This document shows, piece after piece, positions 1-8,962 of a stretch of DNA of 64,000 bases. Position numbers and translations under genes: made by a program. The notes under the pieces were generated by a model. The model saw nothing but the letters and a program-made list of their open reading frames with translations, had not been told where the DNA came from and searched no databases. Position 1 is the stretch's first letter. Each line of letters begins with the position of its first letter. This stretch comes from an uncultured Bdellovibrionales bacterium. Lineage in GTDB: Bacteria; Patescibacteriota; Minisyncoccia; Moranbacterales; UBA11712. The stretch lies in the NCBI GenBank assembly GCA_964519445.1, contig CAZFIH010000001.1, forward strand, positions 2,144 through 66,143. The letters are read 5' to 3'.

Positions 1-1
1 C

Positions 2-616
2 CGCGAGAACTTCTTCCACTTCTTCCGTTTCTTCTTCGTCGTCTCCGCCGCGTCCGGCTCGCGCTTGGGCGGCGTTTAATCTTCCTTCAGCCGCACGCGC
101 GAAGATATCAATGGCCGCTTCGGGATCTCGCTGCGCAATTCCGCGCAATGCTTCAATTTGACCAGTCATCGTTCGCTCTTTGGCGGCTCGCACCTGCTCG
201 CGCGCTTGTTCCGGCACGCGCTCAAGAACCTGGTCAAGGACTGCCAAGTGCCGCGTCGTCGCGTCGGTCACTTCGGCTTCAAGGTCAAGCTCTCCTGTGC
301 GTCCGGCGCGTTCCTTTGCTTGGGCAAATTGTTCTTCGTACAGCCCTGCTGCTTTTTCTGTGTTTTCGCTATCTTGCCGCTCGGCAAGCGCTTGTGCTTC
401 TGCTAAACGCTCCTCGGCAAGCGCGAGATAACGCCGCGTTTTGTTGGCTTCGCCAAAGGTAAAGAATGTGCCAACGCCCTCAAAGAGGCGATCCAAAAAA
501 TAGAATGGGCTTCCCGGCGTTGTTCCCGCCGCCGGCAGGCTATTTGTCTGCGCGCTTGCCGCACCGGAGAACAAAAACACTCCGAGCACGGCGATTACAA
601 TGATTTTCTCTCTCAT
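2..616 (-). CDS. Secreted helical protein, DUF5667-like N-terminal domain (partial, runs off window start)
   Basis: Manual translation from ATG at 616: MREKIIVIAVLGVFLFSGAASAQ (signal peptide), then LPAAGTTPGSPFYFLDRLFEGV...LAEERLAEA, typical of DUF5667. Absent from the ORF track because it is truncated. Confidence 0.75.
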   Translation of the reverse strand, partial: MREKIIVIAVLGVFLFSGAASAQTNSLPAAGTTPGSPFYFLDRLFEGVGTFFTFGEANKTRRYLALAEERLAEAQALAERQDSENTEKAAGLYEEQFAQAKERAGRTGELDLEAEVTDATTRHLAVLDQVLERVPEQAREQVRAAKERTMTGQIEALRGIAQRDPEAAIDIFARAAEGRLNAAQARAGRGGDDEEETEEVEEVLA

Positions 617-837
617 ATTTTTTGACGGTTAATGATTATTTAAGCGAGATTCGACTCATAATTATTATACCATATATCTAATTAATTATCTGTTGCAACG
701 CGAAGAAGAAAGTTTTGACGAAGGCTAAGTTTTCGTCAGGCTTAAATAAGACCTTAATCCTGTTTTATAGTAACATCGGGCTACCTTTTCCGATAGATCA
801 TTTTTTGGCAAGGATAGTCTTAGGGCGGGGTTAATGC

Positions 838-1056
838 TTATAGCTTTTCAATTTCTTTTAAGTCCTTATCCGGCAGATAAAGGACAAGAAGTCCGATTAC
901 AATCCCGCCAAGAGCGGTCCAGACGTGGCTGCCGCCGAAAATCCATGCGTCCAGTCCGTCCAGCACATACCAGATTCCGCGCCAGATCAGAACCAAGCCG
1001 ATAACGATGGAAATGTTTTTTGCGAGATTCTGCAATGTAATTTTATTTTTCAGCAT
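838..1056 (-). CDS. Small two-TM membrane protein
   Basis: ORF 838..1092, likely start MLKNKITL at 1056; two hydrophobic helices with an LIWRGIWYVLD motif. Confidence 0.7.
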   Translation of the reverse strand: MLKNKITLQNLAKNISIVIGLVLIWRGIWYVLDGLDAWIFGGSHVWTALGGIVIGLLVLYLPDKDLKEIEKL

Positions 1057-1122
1057 GGTTTTTAAATAAATATTTTTTTTATTTCCCAGCATCGGGTGTT
1101 GGGAAGCGATTAAAGATTGTTG

Positions 1123-1395
1123 TCATTTTATCTTGTCTTCGTACTCGGGGAAGTATTGGGAGATGACCGAAAGATCAAATTCCCGGAGTATTGATTCTTT
1201 CGGCTCTCGTTCCAATAAAAAATCAAAAGATTTTCTCACAAGCTCTTCCGGAGTAGCCGCGCCAGCGGCTAGTTTTTTGTAATAATCCTCACTCACACTG
1301 ACTCGGTGGGTGGTGCTGCTGCCATCTTTGTCTTCAACCACGACTTCCAAAACGGCGCTTGGCAATGATTCTATTTGCTTAACAAGTATTTTCAT
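1123..1395 (-). CDS. Conserved hypothetical protein
   Basis: 90 aa with a SFDFLLEREPKESILREFDL motif recalled from small conserved prokaryotic proteins. Confidence 0.75.
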   Translation of the reverse strand: MKILVKQIESLPSAVLEVVVEDKDGSSTTHRVSVSEDYYKKLAAGAATPEELVRKSFDFLLEREPKESILREFDLSVISQYFPEYEDKIK

Positions 1396-1409
1396 ATTTA
1401 CAGTTTACA

Positions 1410-1460
1410 ACATTCTCACATTCTTCCTCCAGAGGCGGGCAGGCAAGAATGTTGGAATGT
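1410..1460. repeat. Palindrome M1 (ACATTCTCACATTCT...AGAATGTTGGAATGT) with a 19-nt central insert
   Basis: Imperfect inverted repeat; related copies at 56801-56830, 57758-57808, 58620-58651 and 58968-58999. Confidence 0.8.
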
Positions 1461-1510
1461 CGTGTCGTGTCGTGTAGTGGAGTTGGGGTTTTTGGTATTA
1501 TGAAATGCAC

Positions 1511-1604
1511 TGGGTTTGTGATGCTTCCCCGCCGCGGGCGGGAATTACGGGATTATTTTTCTCGCTCCCCACTAAAGTTCAACCTCACTTAGCAAAGCTT
1601 TATG
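1511..1604. repeat. Dispersed repeat with core hairpin CCCGCC-GCG-GGCGGG followed by AATTACGGGATTATTTT
   Basis: Core at 1528-1542; same core and orientation at 2551, 56760 (variant), 56861 and 57719. Confidence 0.8.
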
Positions 1605-1651
1605 ATTTCTCAAACTGATCCTATGCAATTCTGATCTCGGTAAAGTTCCAT

Positions 1652-2269
1652 TTATGAATCGCTGTCATCATCCCTCAATGTCTCTCTGATCATCTTGAAA
1701 AGCCTTTCAAGCTGCCTAATGCCCTCGTCCCCTTCCCTTTCGAGCCCCTTAAGGACTCGCCACGCACCCTTTTCTTTTTCCGGTTCCGCGTCAGTAACTG
1801 CCTCCATATAGTCTTTCTTGATTTTTTTTAATAAAAGGTTAAAGGCTTTATCTTCTGAAATATTTTTTATTCGGGCTTCAATGCTTCTTAATTTCCTGTA
1901 AAATTCCGTCTGTCTCTTGCTGACTGGTGATATATCCATTTCCGGAATTTCCAAAGGTTTCTGCTTTTGAATCTGTTCCAGTTCCTCTTTGGCTTCGCGC
2001 AAGATGTCCAAGCCTTCTTTCCAGTTTCTGATCATGTACGTTTCCGCTTCAGGGTTTTTGAACAACTTTATTGTTTCACCGGCAGTTTCCCGGAAACTTT
2101 TTTGTATATCGATATAGATCTCATTATCAGGTAGGCTCTTGTTCTTAAGAGCGGCGTTGATAAAACTCAAAAGCGAAAAGACTTCGGATGATAGATCTTC
2201 CATTGTTTCCGGATAGCCGGAATCAGACTGTTCAATTTTTGGCGGACCGCTCTCCCGGTCAAAAGTCAT
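1652..2269 (-). CDS. Hypothetical helical protein
   Basis: 205-aa ORF, charged and coiled-coil-like; no recognisable motif. Confidence 0.7.
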   Translation of the reverse strand: MTFDRESGPPKIEQSDSGYPETMEDLSSEVFSLLSFINAALKNKSLPDNEIYIDIQKSFRETAGETIKLFKNPEAETYMIRNWKEGLDILREAKEELEQIQKQKPLEIPEMDISPVSKRQTEFYRKLRSIEARIKNISEDKAFNLLLKKIKKDYMEAVTDAEPEKEKGAWRVLKGLEREGDEGIRQLERLFKMIRETLRDDDSDS

Positions 2270-2491
2270 AGCTGGTTTTCATTTTTTGTTACTAAATGTA
2301 GCATATATCCCCCGCCGAACAAAAACCATCCGGGGAGACTGAAAAGGAATTTACTATTTAGCATAATAAGACGGCCGTATCAAAATGCTAAGTCTGGCAT
2401 AAAGAACGGAAAAGGCGGTAATTAATTGGGATTGGCAGAAAAATGCTGCGGGCATCAAAGAATGCTTAGTTGGGGAGGCTGGGAGAGGTGG

Positions 2492-2630
2492 TGGTAACGT
2501 ACCGGGTAACGTAGAATGGAACGTTACATTACCGCCTATGGCCGGGCTTCCCCGCCGCGGGCGGGGGGGGGTTGCAAGATTATTTTCCTCGCTCTCTGCT
2601 AAGATTCGACCTTAGCGAAGCCTTATAACT
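2492..2630. repeat. Dispersed modular repeat (GGTAACGTACC/ACGTTAC module, CCCGCCGCGGGCGGG core, CTAAGATTCGACCTTAG module)
   Basis: Core at 2551-2565; 2580-2630 resembles 1552-1604. Confidence 0.75.
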
Positions 2631-2641
2631 TATTTTCAAAA

Positions 2642-3766
2642 TCATTTGTATGAGTCTGTCAGAATTTCTGAATAATTGTCCGGGTTGTGGTAACCGCCTT
2701 CAGTCGGATCATAAGCGGAAAGAGGCAGAGTGTAGCTTCGCCCGGTGGAAGGCGAAACCAGATCCGATTCCACGCCCATAATGGCATCGCTGAAATTATG
2801 CGAAGCGCGATCCTGGACGCTATTGCGATATTCCCAAGCTTCCATCAAGGGACTCGAATCATTCTCCAGATCCGCCGCAGTCGTCAGTTTGACCATATCC
2901 GCGCCGCCGACTTTTGAAGGATTGGTTATTATCGCGCTTAAAGCCACCCTTTCCAGAAGCGGCGCCCACTTGTCCCACTTGTCCGGTGTTGTCTGAAAAC
3001 CTTTGAAAACGGCAACATACTGCCCCTGGCCGTTGATAACACCGGCATCGGCTTTTATTTTCAGGGGAGTGTTCTCTTTTTTGCAGGTGAAAATTTTTGT
3101 CTTTTCTTTCCAGACATAGCCGGGAGCGGACGGATTGGCAATTTCTCCTTCTTCGGATTGTGAAATATAGTTTATGCTTGTCAGGCCGCCCATATCGGCT
3201 ATTTTTTCGATGAAAGCGTCCGGGCTGCTTTTGCCGGGCCAGCCCGAAACTGCGATCAGGGCGACGCCTATATTGCTGTCTTCAGGATTGACAATATTGA
3301 TTCCGTTTATGCTTTCATCCGTTTTCCAGCCTTCGGGAACCTTGGCGGAAAATATTTGCCCGTTGTAAGCGGCCAGCTTCAGGGAAGAATTTACATAATT
3401 TTCAGATAAGAATTCCGATCCGGCCGCGTCGTATTTTTCTGCTTCCTCCCTTGAGATGCATTTTTTTCCGTTGAAACATTCGCCCTTGCCGCAACTGCAG
3501 AATTTCACTTCATGGCTGTATTCAGGCGCGCAGCCGCAGGCCCCGATGGCGCAATTGTCCGGAAAATCTTCGGCTGACTCGCAGCAGGACGCGGCGGTAA
3601 CGGTGCCTCCCGAATCCAAACAGGCCTGTTCCCGGTCAGACGGCGTTTCAATATCCGCCGTTTTTTTATTTTCCGCCGGCATTTTTGTTTTTGAAAACTG
3701 AACTGCCGCCCAAACGGCCGTGCCGGCGATAATTATTGCAATAGCCGCCAAATAAATTTTTTTCAT
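2642..3766 (-). CDS. Membrane-anchored extracellular protein with a Cys-rich domain
   Basis: Likely start MKKIYLAAIAIII at 3766 (ORF open to 3859); N-terminal TM; CLDSGG...CC...CAIGACGC...CSCGKGEC disulfide-rich segment. Confidence 0.75.
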   Translation of the reverse strand: MKKIYLAAIAIIIAGTAVWAAVQFSKTKMPAENKKTADIETPSDREQACLDSGGTVTAASCCESAEDFPDNCAIGACGCAPEYSHEVKFCSCGKGECFNGKKCISREEAEKYDAAGSEFLSENYVNSSLKLAAYNGQIFSAKVPEGWKTDESINGINIVNPEDSNIGVALIAVSGWPGKSSPDAFIEKIADMGGLTSINYISQSEEGEIANPSAPGYVWKEKTKIFTCKKENTPLKIKADAGVINGQGQYVAVFKGFQTTPDKWDKWAPLLERVALSAIITNPSKVGGADMVKLTTAADLENDSSPLMEAWEYRNSVQDRASHNFSDAIMGVESDLVSPSTGRSYTLPLSAYDPTEGGYHNPDNYSEILTDSYK

Positions 3767-3788
3767 AAGCTTTCGTTTAATGTTTATT

Positions 3789-4742
3789 TTATTTTCTGCA
3801 TAGCCATACAAATTCACTTTGGCTGTCTTTTGAAAAGCATTCTTGTTTTTCACAGTCAAAACCTTGTTTCTTATATTCAGGCAGTTCGCTGCTTTCCGAT
3901 TTCAGATATTTCCAATCATCATATTTTGATTCACAAGTCCATTCCACTTTTGTCACAGATGGCTCGGGCATTACGCTCCCCTCCGCTTCACCTCCTGAAA
4001 ATTCCAAAGGCATGGGGTAACATTTATAATTTTTGTTTTCAAAGCCAATTACTTGGGCAGGCAGGCGTTTTTTGTCCCAATTTTCACGCGAAGTGATAGT
4101 GACTTCAGTATACTTTTCGTCAGTAAATGTTTGAAGATCTTTAAACGGCTCAACTGTTCCGTTTAGCAGATTAGTGCAATCTTTTCCGGAAAACGAGATA
4201 TCCGAACCAGTATTCGACTTAAAACTCCGGGCCATGCTCTCAAAAACGGTTCCAAATCTTTTGTATACGGACTCATTTTCATAAGTGCAAAAAAGACCAA
4301 GTCCTTCTTGGCCATTTAAAGTATAAATTGCGTCTTTCATTCCTTCGGGCTGCCGGGTAAGTAGATATATGGCTTTTTGTCCGGCTAAAAGCGTCTCTTT
4401 CTTTCCTAAAACTTTTTCCTCCGATGCCGGATCTTCCATAAGCCAGCTGATAAATTCTTCAAGATTTTGAGGCTTTCCTTGTTCGTTTGTCAGGGCATTA
4501 GAAAATCCGTAAGCATAACAAATGACCTCTTCTCCTGGAGCAATCATTTCTCGTCCGGCATTATTGGTTTCCGCTTCGCCCAACTGCCAGTTAGGCGGAT
4601 ATTTCAAACTGAAACCATAACGGGAGTTTTCATAAACGTTCCAACTGCTCCATTTCTGACCTTTAAAATATAAATAAAAAAGAAAAAAACAAAACAAGAT
4701 TATTACAATAATCACGATAAAGCAAATGACTTTCTTTTTCAT
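3789..4742 (-). CDS. Membrane-anchored PsbP-like domain protein
   Basis: N-terminal TM, then WNVYENSRYGFSLKYPPNW, the PsbP-like motif common in CPR surface proteins. Confidence 0.7.
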   Translation of the reverse strand: MKKKVICFIVIIVIILFCFFLFYLYFKGQKWSSWNVYENSRYGFSLKYPPNWQLGEAETNNAGREMIAPGEEVICYAYGFSNALTNEQGKPQNLEEFISWLMEDPASEEKVLGKKETLLAGQKAIYLLTRQPEGMKDAIYTLNGQEGLGLFCTYENESVYKRFGTVFESMARSFKSNTGSDISFSGKDCTNLLNGTVEPFKDLQTFTDEKYTEVTITSRENWDKKRLPAQVIGFENKNYKCYPMPLEFSGGEAEGSVMPEPSVTKVEWTCESKYDDWKYLKSESSELPEYKKQGFDCEKQECFSKDSQSEFVWLCRK

Positions 4743-4856
4743 TTTTATTTTCTAAGGATTTCTTGCACCTAAATTATAACATTTTTTTGCAAAAGACAAG
4801 GAACAGTTCTAAAAAAACCGGATTTGTCCAATGATTTCCAAGAGGGATCTTTCAGA

Positions 4857-5076
4857 ACCCAGTCGAGGACGGTCTTCGATTTATCGGGAGCCAACAGGGT
4901 TGCCTGACCTCCCGCGCTAAGCTCGGGGAGAAGGATTCGAACCTTCATGCCGTGATCCAGAGTCACGTATCCTACCATTAGATGATCCCCGAACTTAGCG
5001 CAAGACAGGTGCCGCCAGATGCCTTATTCGTCGGCTCTGATGAAACGGCCGCTAGACGATCCTCGAATGTCTGGGT
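4857..5076 (-). ncRNA. Putative 6S RNA-like rod-shaped RNA enclosing tRNA-Gln as its apical domain
   Basis: Nested long-range pairings on both sides of the tRNA: 5060-5066/4863-4869, 5030-5037/4888-4895 and 4994-5001/4914-4921. GAGCC..UGGCG and GGCAACCCU motifs resemble 6S RNA; sigma70 promoter directly upstream. Confidence 0.55.
4922..4992 (-). tRNA. tRNA-Gln (CTG)
   Basis: TCGGGGA-TC-ATCTAATGGTAGGAT-A-CGTGA CT CTG GA TCACG-GCAT-GAAGG TTCGAAT CCTTC-TCCCCGA-G cloverleaf; no encoded CCA. Confidence 0.93.
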
Positions 5077-5105
5077 ATTCTATATCAAAATAAATCTTTT
5101 TTCAA
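5077..5105 (-). promoter_or_regulatory. Sigma70-type promoter for the 6S-like/tRNA-Gln transcript
   Basis: Minus strand TTGAAA (5105-5100), 17-nt spacer, TAGAAT (5082-5077). Confidence 0.7.
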
Positions 5106-5154
5106 TACAAAAAGCCCTCCAGGAGCTTTTTTCAAAACGGCTAGGCTGTTTTAT

Positions 5155-6066
5155 TTATATTCTCAAATACCTTCTGATGGCGATGAGACTGCTTACTGTG
5201 CCGAGAGCCATGCCGGTCAAGAGCTGAACGATGAATATGAGCCAGTACCAGCGCATGAAGTTGGCCTGAACTTCAGCCACGGAAACTTGTCCGGCGACAA
5301 AAGGCGCCAGGAGCTTCATGGCGGGAAAAAGGAGAATGGAGACGATTATCGCGGAAATAGCGCCGTAAATAATTCCCTCAAAAATGAAAGGCAGGCGTAT
5401 ATAATGGTTGGAAGCGCCGACGAGGCGCATAATTTCAATTTCCTGGCGATGGGCATAGATCGTGATCCGAATGGCGTTGAAAGTGATGAGAATGGCGATG
5501 AGCGAAAACAAAAGCACCAGAACAAGGCCCACGTTCCGGGATGTATTCAAAATGGTATTCAGTCTCTCGATTATGATTTTGTTTTTGGCGTAGTTTATCC
5601 GGCTTATGTCTGATTTGAATTCAGAATTTTCAATGGCGTTGGCAATTGTGTCGTACTGATTGGGACTGACAGCCTTGATGTTGACCGACGCGTTGAGGGG
5701 ATTCCCGCCGATGGCTTCGAGCGACTGGAGTATGACGGGATTATCCTCGTTTTTGGCTTTGAATTCCTGAAGAGCTCTTCCTTTCGACACGTAATCCGCC
5801 GATTTAACCTCCCGATAGGAAAGAATTTTCGAGCGAAATTCGAGAATCCGTGATTCTTCGGTCTCGCTCACGAAATAGACGCTGATGTCCACTTTGTCCT
5901 GGACGGATTTGATCACCAGGTTGGCCGAGATGGAGAGCACGATAAGGAGGCTGATGATAAGAAGAGTCAGAATCAAAATGCTCATTACGGCAAAACTCAA
6001 CCAGCCGTTTCGCCAGAAATGCTGGAGGCCGGACTTGAATGTGCGGGAAAACGTAAGTAATATCAT
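5155..6066 (-). CDS. ftsX: Cell division permease-like protein FtsX
   Basis: FWRNGWLSFA N-terminus and IEIMRLVGASNHYIRLPFIFEG motif; follows ftsE. Confidence 0.95.
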   Translation of the reverse strand: MILLTFSRTFKSGLQHFWRNGWLSFAVMSILILTLLIISLLIVLSISANLVIKSVQDKVDISVYFVSETEESRILEFRSKILSYREVKSADYVSKGRALQEFKAKNEDNPVILQSLEAIGGNPLNASVNIKAVSPNQYDTIANAIENSEFKSDISRINYAKNKIIIERLNTILNTSRNVGLVLVLLFSLIAILITFNAIRITIYAHRQEIEIMRLVGASNHYIRLPFIFEGIIYGAISAIIVSILLFPAMKLLAPFVAGQVSVAEVQANFMRWYWLIFIVQLLTGMALGTVSSLIAIRRYLRI

Positions 6067-6086
6067 AAATATATTGTTTTTTACTT

Positions 6087-6203
6087 TCTCTGCGAACTAC
6101 GAAATTATACGAACATACGAAAATAAATTTCTCTTGTCGCGCGATTTACAAAATATTTGAACAACAATTTTTTATTTTAGTACATTTTCGTAGTTCGCAG
6201 AGA
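6087..6203. repeat. ACGAA-family inverted-repeat element between ftsE and ftsX
   Basis: Perfect 18-bp terminal IR TCTCTGCGAACTACGAAA / TTTCGTAGTTCGCAGAGA with internal TACGAA units. Confidence 0.8.
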
Positions 6204-6205
6204 GT

Positions 6206-6892
6206 TCAAATGGAATATCTCCCCTTGCTGTGGTCGCGGGACAATCGTCCCTGGTCGAGAGTAATGACTCTTTTTTTGACGCGGTTCACGATGTCTTTGT
6301 TGTGAGTGGCCAGAATCACGGTTGTGCCGAGCTTGTTGATCTTCAGCAAAAGCTGAATGATCCCCCACGAGCTGATCGGATCGAGGTTCCCCGTCGGCTC
6401 GTCGGCAATGATGAGCGGCGGACGATGGACTAGGGCCCGCGCGATCGCCACTCTCTGTTGTTCCCCGCCGGAAATTTCTCTCGGATAGCTTTCCGCTTTG
6501 TGGGCAAGTCCCACGATTTCGAGAATTTGGGGAACGCTTTTTTCAATTTCTTTGGCGGGATAATCGGAAACTTCCAGGGCAAAGGCGATGTTTTCGTATA
6601 TTGTTTTATTGGGAAGCAGTTTGAAGTCCTGAAAGACGTTGCCTATCCGGCGCCGGTGCAGAGGAACTTCCTTGGGTTTGATCTGGGTGATATCCTGGTT
6701 TTCGAAGAGCACTTCTCCGGATGTGGGCTTTTCTTCCGCGGCGATGATTTTGAGAAGAGTCGACTTTCCGGCGCCGCTGTGCCCGACTATGGAAACAAGC
6801 TCTCCTTTTTTAACTTCAAAACTGATGTCATCCAAAGCGACAGTGTTGATTCCCCCGGTATAGACCTTTTTTACGTTTCGGAATATTATCAT
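6206..6892 (-). CDS. ftsE: Cell division ATP-binding protein FtsE
   Basis: GHSGAGKST Walker [32 protein letters not shown]. Confidence 0.95.
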   Translation of the reverse strand: MIIFRNVKKVYTGGINTVALDDISFEVKKGELVSIVGHSGAGKSTLLKIIAAEEKPTSGEVLFENQDITQIKPKEVPLHRRRIGNVFQDFKLLPNKTIYENIAFALEVSDYPAKEIEKSVPQILEIVGLAHKAESYPREISGGEQQRVAIARALVHRPPLIIADEPTGNLDPISSWGIIQLLLKINKLGTTVILATHNKDIVNRVKKRVITLDQGRLSRDHSKGRYSI

Positions 6893-7030
6893 AAAAATTC
6901 AAAATTAACACATCAAAATGCGAAACCGCAGCGTGAAATTCAAAATGAAAAAATATCAAAATCGATTCCGGATTCTATTTTGATATTTTTTGCGTTTCGC
7001 ATTGTCGCCTTGATTTTTATATTTTGCATT
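6893..7030. repeat. CAAAAT/ATTTTG-family low-complexity inverted-repeat element between prfB and ftsE
   Basis: Left arm of repeated (T)CAAAAT units and right arm of ATTTTG(A/C) units; central AAAAAATATCAAAAT...ATTTTGATATTTTTT IR; overlaps the prfB stop. Confidence 0.7.
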
Positions 7031-8106
7031 TGGCCAGGTATGCTTCGATGAATCCGTCAATATTTCCGTCCAGCGCTTCCTCCGGATTTTTTGACTCAAA
7101 GCCGGTGCGATGGTCTTTCACGAGTTTGTAGGGATGCAGGACATAGGACCTAATCTGGCTTCCCCACTGGACGCTTTTGTGCTCTCCTTTGAGCCGAGCG
7201 TCTTTTTTTTCTTTTTCCTCAATTTGTTTGTGAAGCAACCGGGCTTGGATAATTTTCATAGCCGTTTCCCTGTTTTGAAGCTGGCTTCTTTCACTCTGCG
7301 ACGATGAGGTTATTCCCGTCGGCAGATGCGTTATGCGCACGGCGCTGGACGTTTTGTTGACGTGCTGTCCTCCCGCTCCGCCGGCCCGGAAAGTATCTAT
7401 CCTGATGTCCGCCGGGTCGATTTCCACTTCCCTAATTTTATCAGTTTCGGGCAAAACTTCAACAAGGGCGAAGGATGTTTGCCGCAAATTGTTGGCATTG
7501 AACGGTGAGAGTCTCACCAAGCGGTGAATTCCGGCCTCCGCCTTGAGGTGGCCATAGGCGTGATTTCCCTTTATTTGAATCGTGGCGCTTTTCAGGCCGG
7601 CTTCCTGGGCCCTTGTTTCCGAAATAATTTTGACTTTCCATTCTTTTTTTTCCGCGAAACGCACGTACATTCGAAGGAGCATTTGGGCCCAATCTTGAGC
7701 GTCCGCTCCGCCCGTCCCGCTGTGAACGGAGACGATTGCGTTTTGTCTGTCGTACTCTCCAAAAAATAACGTTTGAAATTCGAGATTCTCGACTCTTTCT
7801 TCCAGGCTCCGCAAGCGCTCGCCGATTTCTTTTTCTATTTTCCTGTCTTCGGATCCGAGTTTCTCCATTTCTTCCATTTCGGAGATTTCTTGGGCGAGGT
7901 CTCCAGCTTCGCCCACTTCTTTTCTGAGGTTTTCCAACTCCTTCAACGTATTCCGGGCGGATTCCGGGTTTTCCCAGAAATTTTCTTTTTTTGATTGATC
8001 TTCCAATTTCTGAATTTTCTTTCCTTTTTCAGCCAAGTCAAAGACAGTCACCCGCAAGGGTGATTCTATCCTTAAGTTCTTTGATCTTTTCTCGGATATC
8101 TTGCAT
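7017..8106 (-). CDS. prfB: Peptide chain release factor 2 (programmed +1 frameshift)
   Basis: SPF motif (RLSPF) and GGQ (GAGGQHVNKT). N-terminal frame MQDIREKIKELKDRITLAGDCL* from ATG 8106 ends in the CTT-TGA-C slip site at 8043-8037. Confidence 0.95.
8037..8055 (-). promoter_or_regulatory. prfB frameshift site CTTTGAC with internal SD-like GGGTGA
   Basis: Minus strand GCG GGT GAC TGT CTT TGA C. Confidence 0.9.
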
Positions 8107-8408
8107 TTATGAAAAAATTATATCACAATTATCATTTATACGCTAAAGTGGCAAATTCCATTGCGCGAAGCGCGAAAAGTATTTTAGGTTCAATGGTTTT
8201 TTTGCAATTTTTTTGCGAATTTAGTAATTTGCCGCCGAACGGCGTCGAGCTTTCTGCCAATTTAAAAAGTAACGTACAATGTCTGCCCGCCTCCGCCCGA
8301 AGCGGCTAAATCCGGAGAGGTGCGTTACCGCCCCATAACATTTTCCATTATTTAGCGACATCCGCTACCCTTCTCTAGTGAACTAGAATCAATGCCGCCA
8401 TATTGTTC

Positions 8409-8442
8409 AAAAAAAGACCTTTTTTTTCGGAAGGTCTTTTTC
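8409..8442. terminator. Bidirectional hairpin terminator
   Basis: AAAAAGACCTT...AAGGTCTTTTT hairpin with A/T tails. Confidence 0.65.
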
Positions 8443-8449
8443 ATTTTTT

Positions 8450-8588
8450 TTATTTTTTTGGTTTCGTTCGGATGTAGCAGACGATCAAAATAATGTTGAG
8501 TATGGGCCAGATGAAGACGGAGAAGTATAATAGCCAAACAATGTTGTAGGAATCAAATATATCAGATTTAGTAAGTTCCGCAAAACAT
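8450..8588 (-). pseudogene. Truncated or frameshifted paralog of the upstream small membrane protein
   Basis: Frame reads FAELTKSDIFDSYNIVWLLYFSVFIWPILNIILIVCYIRTKPKK*, matching IIWPYINIALA of 8610..8906; the nearby ATG (8588) is out of frame by one base. Confidence 0.5.
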
Positions 8589-8609
8589 AATTTTATTCAA
8601 TCCGCGCGC

Positions 8610-8906
8610 CTATTTCTTTTGAAAATATTTATTTTTGAGAAAGCCAAGAGCCAGCAGAATGGCAAGCGCTATGTTTATATACGGCCAAATAATGACAATT
8701 ATGAAATATAAGGCCCTTGGGTGAAAACTGTACCGACCCATAAAGTATAAATATAATAGAATATTTAAAATGACCGACATCCATAAAATCGCTCCGAATA
8801 TTTTCTTTCTTGCAACGAGGAACCAGGACCCATATGCACCGATGATAATAATAGCTAGATAGATTACATTTGCGATTGCCTTTCCTAGCCCTATGTCATC
8901 AAACAT
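8610..8906 (-). CDS. Small three-TM membrane protein
   Basis: 98 aa, hydrophobic; directly downstream of the large lipase-domain gene. Confidence 0.75.
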   Translation of the reverse strand: MFDDIGLGKAIANVIYLAIIIIGAYGSWFLVARKKIFGAILWMSVILNILLYLYFMGRYSFHPRALYFIIVIIWPYINIALAILLALGFLKNKYFQKK

Positions 8907-8962
8907 AACTTTTGTTCAATCCACACAAAGAGATCTTTGCAAAGATTGCTTTTAATTAATGT

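Noticed and set aside
148-462. Three overlapping plus-strand ORFs
   Set aside because: The real gene is the minus-strand DUF5667-like ORF ending beyond the window.
1410-2641. CRISPR array or canonical integron attC sites
   Set aside because: The repeats are not regularly spaced with unique spacers, no cas or intI gene is present, and there are no RYYYAAC/GTTRRRY termini.
5036-5060. CTGATGA resembling a hammerhead ribozyme core
   Set aside because: No separate stem II or GAAA strand in the proper arrangement; the region is explained by the minus-strand rod RNA.
4863-5066. TCGAGGATCGTCTAGCGG...TCCTCGA as a second, outer or split tRNA
   Set aside because: The 5' part resembles a tRNA 5' end, but no T-arm (TTCGA loop with a 5-bp stem) or anticodon arm can be formed. 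It could at most be a remnant.
4769-5227. Short ORFs 4769..4978 and 4982..5227
   Set aside because: They overlap the tRNA/ncRNA and the end of ftsX; no coding signal.
8352-8537. 61-aa ORF
   Set aside because: It runs through a terminator; another frame matches the upstream membrane protein better.
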